Origin: Eledone cirrhosa
Taxonomy: Eukaryota
Reading direction: 5' to 3'
NCBI GenBank assembly: GCA_964016885.1
Contig: OZ024740.1
Location: 147,436,001 to 147,500,000, forward strand
Length of the DNA: 64,000 bases
How positions within the stretch are numbered: position 1 is the first letter of the stretch; each line of letters opens with the position of its first letter. The notes below the pieces were generated by a model. That model did not search any database. It saw only the letters and a program-made list of their open reading frames with translations, and was not told the origin of the DNA. The position numbers were made by a program, and so were the translations under genes. Shown one piece after another: positions 13,719 through 25,951 of this stretch.

Positions 13719-13924
13719 CTGGGATTTACTTCAATGTGGTAATTACTAGAAATTGTCATTATATCTAGCTTTTTCTTTGATGGTGTTACAAAAGAATATG
13801 GTCGGTTGATAAGTTTTTCTACACCGCTTCCATAGAGTTCTCTAAGCAGTGCCATCATCCTGGTTTTCTTACCAGCACCTGATGGCCCATACACAAGCAG
13901 ATGAGGGAAGTCACCATGATTCAC
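13719..13924 (-). CDS. RFC3: RFC3 exon 2 (206 bp), P-loop
   Basis: TTTAG acceptor; VNHGDFPHLLVYGPSGAGKKTR...SNYHIEVNP; GTGAGA donor; phases consistent with neighbours. Confidence 0.96.
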
Positions 13925-14736
13925 CTAAATATTAAAAAACAAACAAACGATATAAATGTTAAAATTTAGAAGGTACACATGTCATAAAATTATGTTAAGA
14001 GAAACCATTTTTCAATTTTCTTTATCAAAAATGCCGATGGTAACAAACTGATATTGTGCCTTTACTTAATTCTGGTGTCTCAAATTGTGAAGCATATATT
14101 TAAGTTGTTTTAGAAACATTATTTGCTCTTATGAAGTTAGGTTCAATTGTAAGTAAATCGAAGTGGACACAAATACTAAATGGATACATTAATTTATTAT
14201 ATCAGTATTATAGAACACCCTCAATTTCAGAGAGAAGAAAAATTGTTTTCCTCGTTTTATTTTTCGTGTGCTAAGATCCCAAAAATGTGTGGTTCTGTTT
14301 CAGTGTAAGCAAGCATCAATAATATTGTTAGGTGAAGTGGCAGAAACGGTCTAGGGACAGACTAATTATTTTTAGCAGTTTTAAAAACGGTGTATTTTCC
14401 ACCGTCGGAGGAACAGTGAGCAGTGAAATTGTTTTTAAACATGAAAGAACGATAGTATTTACACCATGACGGTCTATATACGAACTTAACATCAGCAACC
14501 GATGACGTTAATCTGAAGAGAACAAAATACTTCAACAAATACAAATGAAAAATATATTAGAAATACACTGACGTTATTTTAAAAGGTTTCGTTAAAGCTA
14601 AGTTGATATTATGCTTCTCGGTTCCCAAATAACAGTAACATAAAACATTGGTCGAATCTATAGTAAAATAAATAATTCAATATGTTTATCATGTTTATGA
14701 GTAACATACGGTTAAAAAATAATGAAATATACTCAC

Positions 14737-14823
14737 CAGCCTTTTCAGAAGAACTGCTTGATCTTTGTGATAGTCGAGTTTACTGAGAGATGTTGGCCGA
14801 TATTTGTCCACCCAAAGACTCAT
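14737..14823 (-). CDS. RFC3: Replication factor C subunit 3, exon 1 (87 bp)
   Basis: MSLWVDKYRPTSLSKLDYHKDQAVLLKRL followed by a GTGAGT donor; typical RFC3 N-terminus (WVDKYRP). Confidence 0.96.
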
Positions 14824-14879
14824 TTTATAACCATCAATAATGAAGATACCCGTATTAAATAAATATACGCGGTAACTTG

Positions 14880-14906
14880 TTCCCGCCAAATGTTATTGAC
14901 GGAAGT
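14880..14906 (-). promoter_or_regulatory. E2F site (TTTGGCGGGAA) plus ETS-like ACGGAAGT in RFC3 proximal promoter
   Basis: TTCCCGCCAAA at 14880-14890, about 57 bp upstream of the ATG; ACGGAAGT at 14899-14906. RFC genes are established E2F targets. Confidence 0.65.
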
Positions 14907-15379
14907 AGTAATCGAGAGTGATCTTCCTTCATGTGCAAAACACCATTAAAGGGAAATAACTCGGTATACTGTTGAGCATGTATATTATCTATGGTAGCAA
15001 AATAATAGTAATTTGGACCCCCCCCCAACCTCCAAGTGTAATTTAGCCACCTCGTCCTCTTATTCCGCCACTAATTAGTATTTAAGGAAGGGAAAAGTTT
15101 ATTAAATCAACCTAGACTTTATTTTATCGAAGAATGAAACCCACCGAGGTCAACTTTATCTTTCATCGTTTCCAGGTTTAATATAGTATTCTACTTTTGG
15201 CACAAGATCAGCAATTACTCCAGTGGATTACTGGTACTTTATTTTATCGACCCCGTAAGGATGAAAGGCAAAGATAACCTCTGCGGAATTTGAACATGGT
15301 GTCTGACGCCCTATTACTACCATCGGCTTCCTGATCGAGCACATACGAAGGCTGAATTACAGTTTTAATTACATGAAAA

Positions 15380-15612
15380 GGAAAGGGGGCGCTCTTGGGT
15401 GTTCCGATGGAACCGGACAACAAGTGACTAAAGTCGTTTTGAAGGAAATTAAATGACTCAAAATTGAAAATAGAATAATCGGTATGTCCTTCGACACAAC
15501 TGCCCGTAACACATGTAAGCACCAAGGAGCCTATACGAAAATTGAAGTAGCTCTGAAAAAAATCGATCTTGTGGCTGGCTTGCCACCATCACATTCTTGA
15601 TCTAAAATTGAA
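15380..15612 (+). mobile_element. hAT (hATm-like) transposase fragment
   Basis: IIGMSFDTTARNT..HQGA..KIE..L, then after a frameshift LWLACHHHIL; matches the FDTTASNTG...LACRHH signature. Confidence 0.7.
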
Positions 15613-16129
15613 ATATTAATTTGCTTCTGTAATAATTATAGACATGCATGAATCTGTGTTAATTATAAAACACTTACAGTTGCTGAGAATTTGAACATCA
15701 AAATATATAGGAAAGTAACTCATATTTTCCTTATCTATATCGAAAATCCACTTAATGTAATTTAACATGACATTTCTATCAAGTGTATATTTTATAAGTG
15801 AGTACAGTAACTTTATGATAAAGAACTGCAAACTTCGTTTCCTTATCATCCTATTAAAACACACAAGATGAGATGTAATTTCAAAACAGCCCGATCTTTA
15901 TAAAAGTGAGATGACTTTCATCTAAGATTCAGGAACACACACTTAGGCTCACCAAAACTTAAATCCAGCTTTTACTAAGTAAAATAACCAAACTATTATA
16001 ACGATAAATTAAGGTTAACACATTACATTTATGGCACATTGAATAACCATATAGAAATTATTAAAAACAACCAATGTTTAATTATTTTGGCAATTCCAGT
16101 AGATAACTTTTAAGTATGCAATTTCTGAA

Positions 16130-16496
16130 TGGGGTTTCTCCGAAGAGTCTTTGGAGTAACGTTACTCAATAGAGGGCGTAGCTTGGAGATAAGAGAGTTA
16201 CTCCTTGTAGAGCCGCTATGAAAAGATCACAGCTCCGATACTATGGGCATGTGGTTTGAATGTCTCAGGAAAGAATCGTTGGACGGGCAAAACCAACTGG
16301 CAGGAGATCCAGAGGTAGACCCCGAGCAAGATGTTTGGATAATGTCCATGAATTTGGTTGGTTTCGCTTGAGGATCCAGCCGAATCAGTTGGAGACGGTT
16401 GCTTCTGGCAGGACCCGTTGGAAGGAGTGTTTGAGGGTTTTGCCTCAACGACCCTCGCAAGAAGAAGAAGAAGAAGAAGAAGAAGAAGAAGAAGAA
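16130..16496 (+). mobile_element. RTE-like LINE 3' end with (GAA)n tail
   Basis: AKPTGRRSRGRPRARCLD; (GAA)n at about 16459-16496. Confidence 0.75.
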
Positions 16497-16614
16497 CTGA
16501 ACATCATTCCTCTACTGGCATAATTAAAAGATCCCCACCGTCAACATAATTATTTTTGGTTTGAATCCATTCACACTTTTTTTGTTTGACGAACTAACCA
16601 ATAACTGATAAAAG

Positions 16615-16735
16615 TTTCCACTTTTTGGCACAAGGCCAGCAATTATCCCAGTGCATAACTGGTACTTTATTTTATCGACCCCGTAAGGATGAAAGGCAAA
16701 GTTAACCTCGCCGGAACTTGAACTCAGATCATAAG
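16615..16735 (-). mobile_element. tRNA-derived SINE (partial)
   Basis: B-box GAGTTCAAGT and central GCCTTTCATCC..GGTCGATAAAATAAAGTACCAG domain. Confidence 0.8.
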
Positions 16736-17339
16736 AAGAAACTGTTACAGCTGGAGCAGTTCCTTCCTCTCTTGCGTCAGTTGCGCACGAGTGGTCGACA
16801 TCCAGCAGGGAGGAAGGCTGAGGGGAGGTAGGTATTTTAAGTGGGGTGTTGGAGGTAGTTGGTAGATGTATACAGGGATAGAAAGAGGGAGATGTAGAAA
16901 GATAGTGATGGGGGATAAATAGCTGGATAGTTGTATGGAGGGAGAGAGAGGTAGAGAGGAATGAATAGAAAGGGAGTGATGAATAGATAGGTCGCTGGGT
17001 TCCATAAAGGGAGAGAATCAAGTGAAAAGACAAAAAATGTATAGACCCAAATTTGTTAGATTTGATAGTAAAAGAAACAAATATAGTAAATAAAAAGGAG
17101 GAACATGGACCCCCCCACCAAACTTTTTTTTATTTAGAAAATCAGATACATAAATACAAAAAAAAAATAAAAGAAAAAGGGAGAAAGAGAGCAAGTAAAG
17201 TAAAATGTAAAAAATGTTTTCAAAGAGAGAGTAAATAACTACAATTCACTATCGAGATAACGTTTAAGACATTTGTATCACCTTGAAATAAATGTTTCTT
17301 TAACTTCTCAACAACGATACTTCCAGTTTTGAAATAACT

Positions 17340-17607
17340 GTTTCTATTTTAGGCACAAGGCCAGCAAATACCCAGTACATTACTGGTACTTTATTTTATC
17401 GACCCCGTAAGGATGAAATAACTGTTTCTACTTTTGGCACAAGGCCAGCAAATACCCAGTGTATTACTGGTACTTTATTTTATCGACCCCGTAAGGATGA
17501 AAGGCAAAGTTAACCTCGGCGGGATTTGAACTCAGAATGGCAAGGGCCGTAACTCTATGCGTCAAAGCATGGCGTCCGAGCCTCTACTGATACTGCCAAT
17601 CCACCGT
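17340..17607 (-). mobile_element. tRNA-derived SINE with duplicated 3' part
   Basis: A/B boxes and central domain; 17340-17417 duplicates 17422-17500. Confidence 0.8.
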
Positions 17608-17681
17608 AAGGACGTTAGTTCATTAACTTCAAAATGTTCAAAGTGACAGTAACGTTACAATACACTATCGAAATAACGTTT

Positions 17682-18050
17682 ATAATAATAATAATGAAAT
17701 TATTGTGTAAAGTGCTCAGGTGCACTACAACTCGTCAAAGGTGTATGTATAGTACATAGAATAATACACAAATGTCAGGGAAGTGAATAGTGTATGAGTC
17801 ATGGTATACATGTGTGTATGTGTATGGAGGGGGAACATTAGCTGTAGTGTTGGCGGATCTCGGGAAGCATGGAGGCCTTAAAGGATGCAGTGTCTCGACA
17901 GCTAACAACTGATGCAGGTAGTTTGTTCCATGCTTCAGCAACTCTGAGCGTGAAAATATGTTTCCGAAAGTCATGGGAACTGTGCTGTTTTCTGACTTTG
18001 TGGGCATGTCCACGTGTGTTAGACACATGGAAATAAAAAAGGTACTCAGG
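17682..18050 (-). mobile_element. CR1-type LINE 3' end with (ATT)n tail
   Basis: NTRGHAHKV...RKHIFTLRVAEAWNKLPASVV...SFK. Confidence 0.85.
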
Positions 18051-18464
18051 GTTTAAGACGTTTGTATCGCTTTAAAATGAATATTCCTTTAACTTCTTCT
18101 CAACAACGATACTTCCAGTTTTGAAATAACGTTTGTTCATCAACTTCAATAGTTTCAAAGTTACTATAAATGGTAGCTTAGAAAATCGGGTAAAGTACCC
18201 ATCTTGACGGATAATAGTGGTTAATAGCCACTACATAGAATAAAAAACTGCACATCTTAAAGGTACAGAGCTCGATAATCCTTAGCAGCTGATTAAAAGT
18301 TTAACCAAGCTATTTCGACTTTCATCCTAAAGCGGGATCTTCTTTTGTACCGATACTACCTTTCTTACATCCTTTTGCTCCAATAGCAATAAATCCTGCA
18401 CTATCAGTAGCTATAACATTACTCCACCAAAATGGGGGAAGGGGGGGGGGGGGGGCGCATGCTT

Positions 18465-19650
18465 TTTATCCAGGACTCTTGCACTCTGTCTGGCCCAGGC
18501 TCCATCCAGTTAGGTATCTTACTGATCTTTTCCTTTAGGTTATCAATTGTCACTTGGATGTTTTCTTGTTTCTGTACTTTTTGTGCTAGAATTTCTACAT
18601 CCTCTAACTATAATGTTTCTCCATTTTGTACCACAGGATTATCCCAAATATTACTCTAAAAGTTATGCTTTCATCTGCATTTGAGCTAATATCATTCTTG
18701 AACTTTCTCTCGATTTCATTAAATAATTTTTTTTGGTTTGCCTCAAAACAATCTATTTTGTCTGCATTGTTTGATCTATGCAGCATACCTCTGCAATTTA
18801 CCAGCAATTGTCACCAGACGTTGTTTCTATTCAACGTATACTATATCTAACCTTTTTTTTGCTTATTCAGTACTCATGCTCCAGTTATGATATAGTCCTT
18901 CCATTTTTCATTCTGTTTATTTTTTCCAAAATCAACACTTGTCCTTTTAATTTTCAACCTGATTCTTTTTCCCCATTGTGTGTTTTTTTTAAAAATTTTA
19001 CGACGTGTAGTCCATAATAGCGTTCTTATATCCTGCTGATTATGCTACTACATTTGCAGCAGCTTGTAGAAATCTGTTTGTCTGTGTGATACTGACTGTC
19101 TCAATTATTCAAATAACTGATATGGCCTTTCCAGCAATGACTTTCACTTTGTTTCCTCCAATCTTAATATGGGGGCTGATCATCTTTTCTTTTCCTTGTA
19201 GATATCCATTGCACAATGTTACATTTCTCTTTCTCATATGACCACTAAGATATCATTTTCATCAGTGCCTGATCCAACCAAGTTGAATTCTTCAGTTCTT
19301 TGTTGCTCACTTTCCTCTCAGTTACTGGCATTCACTTCCGTAACCTCTGCAACTTTGAAGCCAATATTTTCTTCCAATATAATGTTTCTTCTGGTCTCTT
19401 CAATTTACACTGTTGTTACTACTCACTCATTTGTCTTAATTGCTCTGGCTTGATCAATTAGCCGTTGTTTACTAAATGGAAAGTTCTTTCATTCTGTTCA
19501 TGTATCCTCTCCTAGTAGGTTCACTTTTGATACAGTATTTTATCACTATTTTATTTGTCTCTTTCTCCCATTCTTTACTCCTCCATGTCCGCCTTCTTTT
19601 GAAAGCAATCGCTGGTTGATGACCGGGCTCACCCTGCAGCACCGTGGAAG
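18465..19650 (-). mobile_element. Degenerate R4/Dong-like element (5' half)
   Basis: WEKETNKIVIKYCIKSEPTRRGYMNRM resembles WTKELNRTVMQCYLKSNPKEKGYRKRM of the 55/60 kb ORFs; FEANQKKLF; ends near PGPD motif. Confidence 0.75.
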
Positions 19651-19966
19651 ACTTATGCACACCCCCCCCCCCCCACACACACACACATATAAATATACAC
19701 ATATGTGCCTACACAGAAACACACACAAACATACACACACATCCATACTTACATCTATCACACCACTCCAATTTTAAAACTACAGCGTCCAACTGTACGC
19801 AACAATGATATAACTACAGTACCCATCGTTGCGTCCAGTATCGAAACATACCTGCTCAGGAACCTCTCCACAATTGTAAATTCGGTGTTGAAATAACTTT
19901 TGTTTCAGATTACTCCACTGTGTTTTCAAAGTGACAATATATAACGCTTCAATCCACCAGAGAAAT

Positions 19967-20178
19967 AACGATTTCTATTATAAGCACAAGGCCAGTAATT
20001 TTGGTGGAAGGGAAAATTGATTAAATCGGCTCCAGTGCGTTACTGATACTTTATTTTATCGACCCGTAAGGATGAAAGGTAAAGCTAACCTCAGCAGGAT
20101 TTGAACTCAGAACGTAAAGAGCTTAAATCAATGCCGCGAAGCATGTTGTTCGACGCTCTACCGATTCTGCCAATCCAT
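19967..20178 (-). mobile_element. tRNA-derived SINE
   Basis: TGGCAGAATCGG A-box, GAGTTCAAATCC B-box, central domain. Confidence 0.8.
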
Positions 20179-20289
20179 CAGTAGAAATAATGTTTCTTTA
20201 AAACGTTTGAATAATTTTGAAATAAGTGTTTCCTTAACTTCTTTTCAACAACATATTGTTGACCAGTGTTGAAATAACATTTGCTCAGA

Positions 20290-20650
20290 TTTATACATAC
20301 AATGTGCACTGTGGGACTGACGTTTCATCTTTCATCAACTCTCGACTAAAGATCTCAGCGATTTCCGTACTTTCCGACAGTGTCCTTCCCTCCAGCGGTG
20401 CCAGTCAGGGATGCTACCATGGAATATCCGGGTTTTCCTCGTTGTCAATACCATTAACATTGTGATGTTTTCTCCTTGATGGGGGTTGCTTAGAATTAGT
20501 CTTGCAATTAAATATTTTTTGTAATATCTATGATAAAGTTCTTGAAGCACTTCTCTACTCTCCTTTCCGAGTCCAATGCCAGTCAGGTAGGACATGGTGG
20601 ATCCAGCTATACATCATTGACAACCAATCTGAACTGGAAGCACTGTACAC
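20290..20650 (-). mobile_element. Highly degenerate L1/Tx1 ORF2 C-terminal relic
   Basis: Weak similarity (DWH; DET...VHC) to the C-terminus of ORF2 28357-31794. Confidence 0.35.
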
Positions 20651-21397
20651 ACAAATACACACAAACTCTCTCCACCCCTTCTCTCTCTCGCACACACGCA
20701 CATATATATATAACGTATTTTTCGTAATCTTAATTGATATGTTTAATAAATGATTGTGTGTGTATTGACTAATGGGATTAAATATGCAATATGTTATAGA
20801 GGATAATGGTGCATACTTTACTTCTATTGTCAAAGAAATTAACATACCTACTCTACTACTATAAGCGATATTTGGTACAAGCTAAAAGAATGCATTAGTT
20901 CATAAGAAAGAAAACTAAATGAAATGACTTTACGAATTTCACTTGGAAGAATACCTTCTGATTTCTAAAACTATTGATATAGATTAATATTAAATATTTA
21001 GATCCCTGTATATGAATTCGAAATATAAAATTATCTAAACTCGAAAAGTTTTTCAAAATTTCTCGCATGCACGATTGCTTTTTTACTCAAATTAACTTTG
21101 ACATATTGTTAAAAGTATAAAAAGGAAAAGGCAAAAAAAAAAAAAAGAGAAAATCTAAAATACTCCACCATAATGATGAGATAACTTTATTTCAAAATAG
21201 AACTACAAATATCATAGAATATAATTGAAATAAAAGGAAGTTTAATGTATGTACTTACCAAGTGTATTCATTTGAAGATCTATTAGAGACTTCCTCGTAA
21301 ACAACTTCAGCGCTTGTGAAATGGATATAACAGAAAATAAAACTGGATAATACTTTATCTCGGTTAACTGAAAATATTTATTAAAAGTATGAGGATA

Positions 21398-21592
21398 GTG
21401 GATTAGCAGAATCGTTGGAGCGTCGGACGAAATGCTTTGCAGTATTTGTTCCGTCTCTTTATATTCTGAATTCAAATCCTTGCCTTTCATCTTTCCAAGG
21501 TCGATAAATATAGTACCAGTCAAATACTGGGGTTGGTGTAATCGACTTTCTCCTTCAAATTGCTGGCCTTATTCCTACATTAGAAATCATTA
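21398..21592 (+). mobile_element. tRNA-derived SINE (degenerate)
   Basis: A/B boxes and GCCTTTCATC..GGTCGATAAA..GTACCAG. Confidence 0.7.
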
Positions 21593-22379
21593 ATTTATCT
21601 CGACTATGCTAGAATGGTCCCATATTTACGTTAACACAAAAGAGGAATATTTTGGCACACATGTTTCTCTCCTGGCAAGAGAGATGTGCGGCGGCTTCAA
21701 TCGCACCCAAATCACAAGCATGTATATTTCCTTATAGCACACCTTACAGTTATATAAATTCAAATTATACATATTAATCGGTTATCAATTTTAGTATTCA
21801 TATTACTAACAAATCTGTGCAACCTAACTTTATTAATTATTTATACTTGGCAAACACGCTTAGTTTTCAATGGTTGTATCTTTCTAGATGTTAATAGACC
21901 TTATGTGAATAGACAGCTGAAATATTATCGAGTGCTCCTAGCAGTGAAATATTGAATTTCAGTATTTATATATTTAAGGTAAGCCAGCGGTAAGAAACTG
22001 AACCAACCTTGAAATTGATGACAACTGATGCATTATCTTAGTAATAGTTACCGCAAACAAAAATAATTGGTTATTTTATGAAGTTAGATTTATAAATTAC
22101 TTAATCTAAGACTAGATTACAATCATTATTGCCACTGGTTCGGGCTTACGATTATATTCATGGCTTCTTGTGTTGGCTATTCTGTTGGCTATAGTTTAAA
22201 AAAAATGATAAATGTGTGAAGAAGAATTCCAGAGGATTGCATTTGTGGATAAATACCCGAATAAAGTGTTTGTTGTGGGGTTAGGGATTGGATGACATAA
22301 AGTACAGCTAAAGAGAGGAGTAAAAGTTCCTGCAAAATCTTTTGGGATCTTATAAAGTACCCTCTTCTGGAAGAATCGC

Positions 22380-23760
22380 TCATGTTTCTCAAAGCGAAAT
22401 ACATTGCATGCCTTTGTTGATATGTTTTGTTTATGTGAGAGAAACCGGTAGTGGAAGGAGTGCAACCGATAGTGGAAGGAGTGCAAATATTCCCCAAACC
22501 TGCTCAGACACTTCCAACTATCTGATACTATATATTTCACAAATACGTCACTGTGGACTTGGACTAATTGTAGTTGGTCATCAAAGGCGTATTTAGATAA
22601 CATTTTCATGAGAGTAATCGATAGATTAAACGTTAGTTGTTCACAGATTCAGAGTAGGGGATAGGATACACGGACCACAAATGTACATTCAACTTAGAAG
22701 AAACTAATAGGCAGAGGCCCGGTTAATGGAAATCGAATGGGTCTTTCTCTGTGCGGAAATATTTCAGGGATCAGATTAGTAAACTAGCTAAACTAAAACT
22801 TACGGAGTCTTCATAAACAGCAGGTGGTGGATTTTGTTAAAGAGAAATATTAAAGCAGTATCGGTTAGATTCAATAGAAAGGGCTTTTTGCGGATGATGG
22901 GAATCTTGAGAGAAATTCCACTTCAACTGGATCACAGGAGAGATGTATCTGCGTATGTAGATAACGTCACCTTCACGAAGGGAGGCGCAACAAGCCTTCC
23001 TCTGCCTAGCAACTATGGCGAAAGAAGCAGCTTGGTGGATATGTTTAATGTTTTGAGGACGGGAATTTCCCCTCCGACTAAGCCCTCATCCATTTCTCCG
23101 CGTATCACTTCAATAAGATGGTGGGGGTAAAGAGAAAAGTGTTTCCCTCTAGTGTGTTTTAGGAAATATTGGTGAGAGGTTTGAAATATATGTATCAGAT
23201 AAAGACAGGTTTGGCACAACCTGCAAAACTGAACAAGGACATGGGTCAATGTAGCTGTCACCTCCCAGGTGTTGGCAGCAACTTCCAAAGATGGGACGGT
23301 CAGAATCAGCAATAGACGCATAAGTTGAAAGGATCTTGAAAGGCATATAGTCCGACATTAAATATCTCACAAGAGCATTGCAGTTTTGGAGAATAACAAT
23401 GCTATATAAAATCCATCAAATCTTCTATATCGACAAGTATGTTCTTTTCCATCGTATTTAAGGAGAAGAACAGTTAACCTTAACATTTTGGGAATCCCCT
23501 CGAAGTTAGATACCTGGTGGATCCTGACCGGTGTTTTCCTAGAACGAAACGTTACCCTTTCAGAAGTTAAGAGAACGTGGTGGGAAAAGTCTGGTTTCAG
23601 TTTGAAGGCGCTGCTGCTCATTAAGCCAGAAAAGCTTGATAATATCTCAAACCTCATTCGCCTGCCAAATGGGGTTGAGCTATATGTCGGGCTGAGTGGA
23701 GAATGCCTCACTACCATCTATGTGGTGATACCAACCTCTTGAACCATTTCTATGCTTAAC
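22380..23760 (+). mobile_element. Degenerate L1/Tx1 relics: ORF2 pieces followed by an ORF1 piece
   Basis: WTWTN...AYLD, IGYTDHK..NLEETNRQRPG*WK and VSAYVDNVT match ORF2; PSYLRRRT..GIPSKLDTWWILTG...KPEKLDNISNLIRL matches ORF1 of 31828-33705. Confidence 0.7.
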
Positions 23761-23927
23761 AAAAGATAGAACGGTATAACAAAGAGTCTGGTGTATCTGG
23801 AAATTTTTTGACTTTTTTTGTCATTGTAACACACATACATCACGGTCTCGCTTCATACTGTAAACCAGACAACGCATCCAATACAGTCGTTTTCTCTTCT
23901 ACCTGTCTTCTCTTATCAACTGTTCAA

Positions 23928-23954
23928 CCTGGCGAAGCCGGGTACCTCATCTAG
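23928..23954 (+). mobile_element. Helitron 3' terminus (hairpin + CTAG)
   Basis: CCTGGCGAAGCCGGG hairpin, 8-nt spacer, CTAG followed by T; CCGGGTACCTCAYCTAG shared with 27589-27605. Confidence 0.75.
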
Positions 23955-24259
23955 TTTAAGATAAATTTATCTTAGGTTTAGTTTCTATTTGTAACTTGTT
24001 GAGCGACCACCTGATTTGCCATATTGTGTCGCACTCTGCCTGCTTACATAACAAATCATGTACATTATAAACGTACGGTAGTGGAATACTACCATCACGT
24101 TGCTAACTACAGTAGCATATAAAAACAAAAAACAAAAAGATTACAAAGGGTTATTATACAATCACTTTGACGTCTTCGAAATATAGCAATACAATAGACT
24201 ATACAATAAATAGAGAATGTACACCCGCTATTTATTGTATAATCTCCCTTCTTTTTATT

Positions 24260-24315
24260 GCGAAATAAATACTTTTGTTTATATTTTGTTAGTGTATGAA
24301 AAAATATCTGTACAC

Positions 24316-24373
<58 letters not shown>

Positions 24374-24428
24374 GTGTACAGATATTTTTTCATACACTAA
24401 CAAAATATAAACAAAAGTAATTATTTCG

Positions 24429-24429
<1 letters not shown>
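24260..24429. repeat. Palindrome: ~59-bp arms around (TA)n
   Basis: 24260-24318 is the reverse complement of 24371-24429 with one mismatch. Confidence 0.95.
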
Positions 24430-24484
<55 letters not shown>

Positions 24485-24489
<5 letters not shown>

Positions 24490-24690
24490 AACGAGTAGGA
24501 CCCCGACGGCTGAGGTCAAGCCGTTTCGACGGCTAATTCTGGACTAAATTTAGTCCAGAATTAGCCGTCGAAACGGCTTGAGCTCAGCCGTCGGGGTCCT
24601 ACTCGTTCCTATTACCCACTCTACTACCCTAAGTATTGAGTACTTTGGTGCGTTATGGTCCACCTGGTTCCTTACCACATTTCCTTCGTT
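24485..24690 (+). mobile_element. Penelope-like terminal fragment with 128-bp foldback and hammerhead 3' half
   Basis: Palindrome 24485-24612 centred on CTAAA|TTTAG; same family as 42383-42500 and 45775-45956; flanked by (TA)n. Confidence 0.75.
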
Positions 24691-24977
24691 ATATATATAT
24701 ATATATATATTGAAAGGATAACAAGGACGATTGATTACTCCTTCATTGTATTTATTGGTAGGTGACGCGCATTTTGCCACTGATCAGCTCAAGGTTCGAT
24801 CAGTATCGATCCTACCCGACTCAATAATCGGCGGCTCGACGGACCCTTTAAAATGCTATAAGAAAATCCTTTCAATATATTACACTCTGTATAGCTCTAC
24901 ACCTCATCACAGAAGTGAACCTAAACATCGAGTGTTTTCCCGGGTGAACCTGCAGTAACTCCAAGTTACACCCCCTG

Positions 24978-25934
24978 GAATTCGCAGACCAGACCCCTTC
25001 TTCCTCCCGTTAGACCTGTGCGAAATTCATTCCTTGCTCGCATTTCAACCAGGTTTGATGGTCTTTATTCTCTCGTTCACGATTTCACCGAATTTATATT
25101 CATAGAAATCTGGGACTTGTCTCTTTCTTCATCACTTTCTGTTGCTTAAACCATTTTGTTTGTTTACCCTAGCATCCCCTTTATTTACGTGTCCCAACGA
25201 CTTTTTTTAGCCGTTGCTCGCACCAACCTGAGGTATATGGTCTTTAAAGCGATGAAATGCCTATGACGGCTGGAAGACCACTGATGAAGGACACACTTTT
25301 TCATATGTAACCCATTTGCAACGCCGCAGCTCCATTATTATCATATTTACACATATATTTTTTCCTCTGCCGCTACCCGTCTGTTTCGTTCTTTGTATCT
25401 TTACCCTTTCTAGCAGTCTCTCTCTCTCTGTTAGCCTCTTCCTCACCCTTCACTCACTCATTCTCTATCACTACCTCTCCTCCTCCTCTTTCTTCCCGTT
25501 TGACCTGTCCGTAATTCTTTTCTCGCGCGCTCTTGGCCAAGCGGTATGAATTTTTTTTCTCTCTCTCTCTCTCTCGTCTGCGACTTCACAGAACTTATGT
25601 TTACCGAATTCGCAGACCAGACCCCTTCTTCCTCCCGTTAGACCTGTGCGAAATTCCTTCCTTGCTCACATTTCAACCAGGTTTGATGGTCTTTATTCTC
25701 TCGTTCACGATTTCACCGAATTTATATTCATAGAAATCTGGGACTTGTCTCTTTCTTCATCACTTTCTGTTGCTTAAACCATTTTGTTTGTTTACCCTAG
25801 CGTCCCCTTTATTTACGTGTCCCAACGACTTTTTTTAGCCGTTGCTCGCACCAACCTGAGGTATATGGTCTTTAAAGCGATGAAATGCCTATGACGGTTG
25901 GAAGACCACTGATGAAGGACAAACTTTTTCATAT
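24978..25934 (+). repeat. ~328-bp direct repeat (24978-25306 / 25606-25934), pLTR-like
   Basis: Near-identical copies 628 bp apart, each ending CCACTGATGAAGGAC; related sequence at about 45130-45410. Confidence 0.85.
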
Positions 25935-25951
25935 ATATATATATATATATA

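Noticed and set aside
22196-22609. Minus-strand ORF resembling a Merlin/IS1595 transposase (IVSDSWK)
   Set aside because: The plus strand matches the Tx1 endonuclease region much better.
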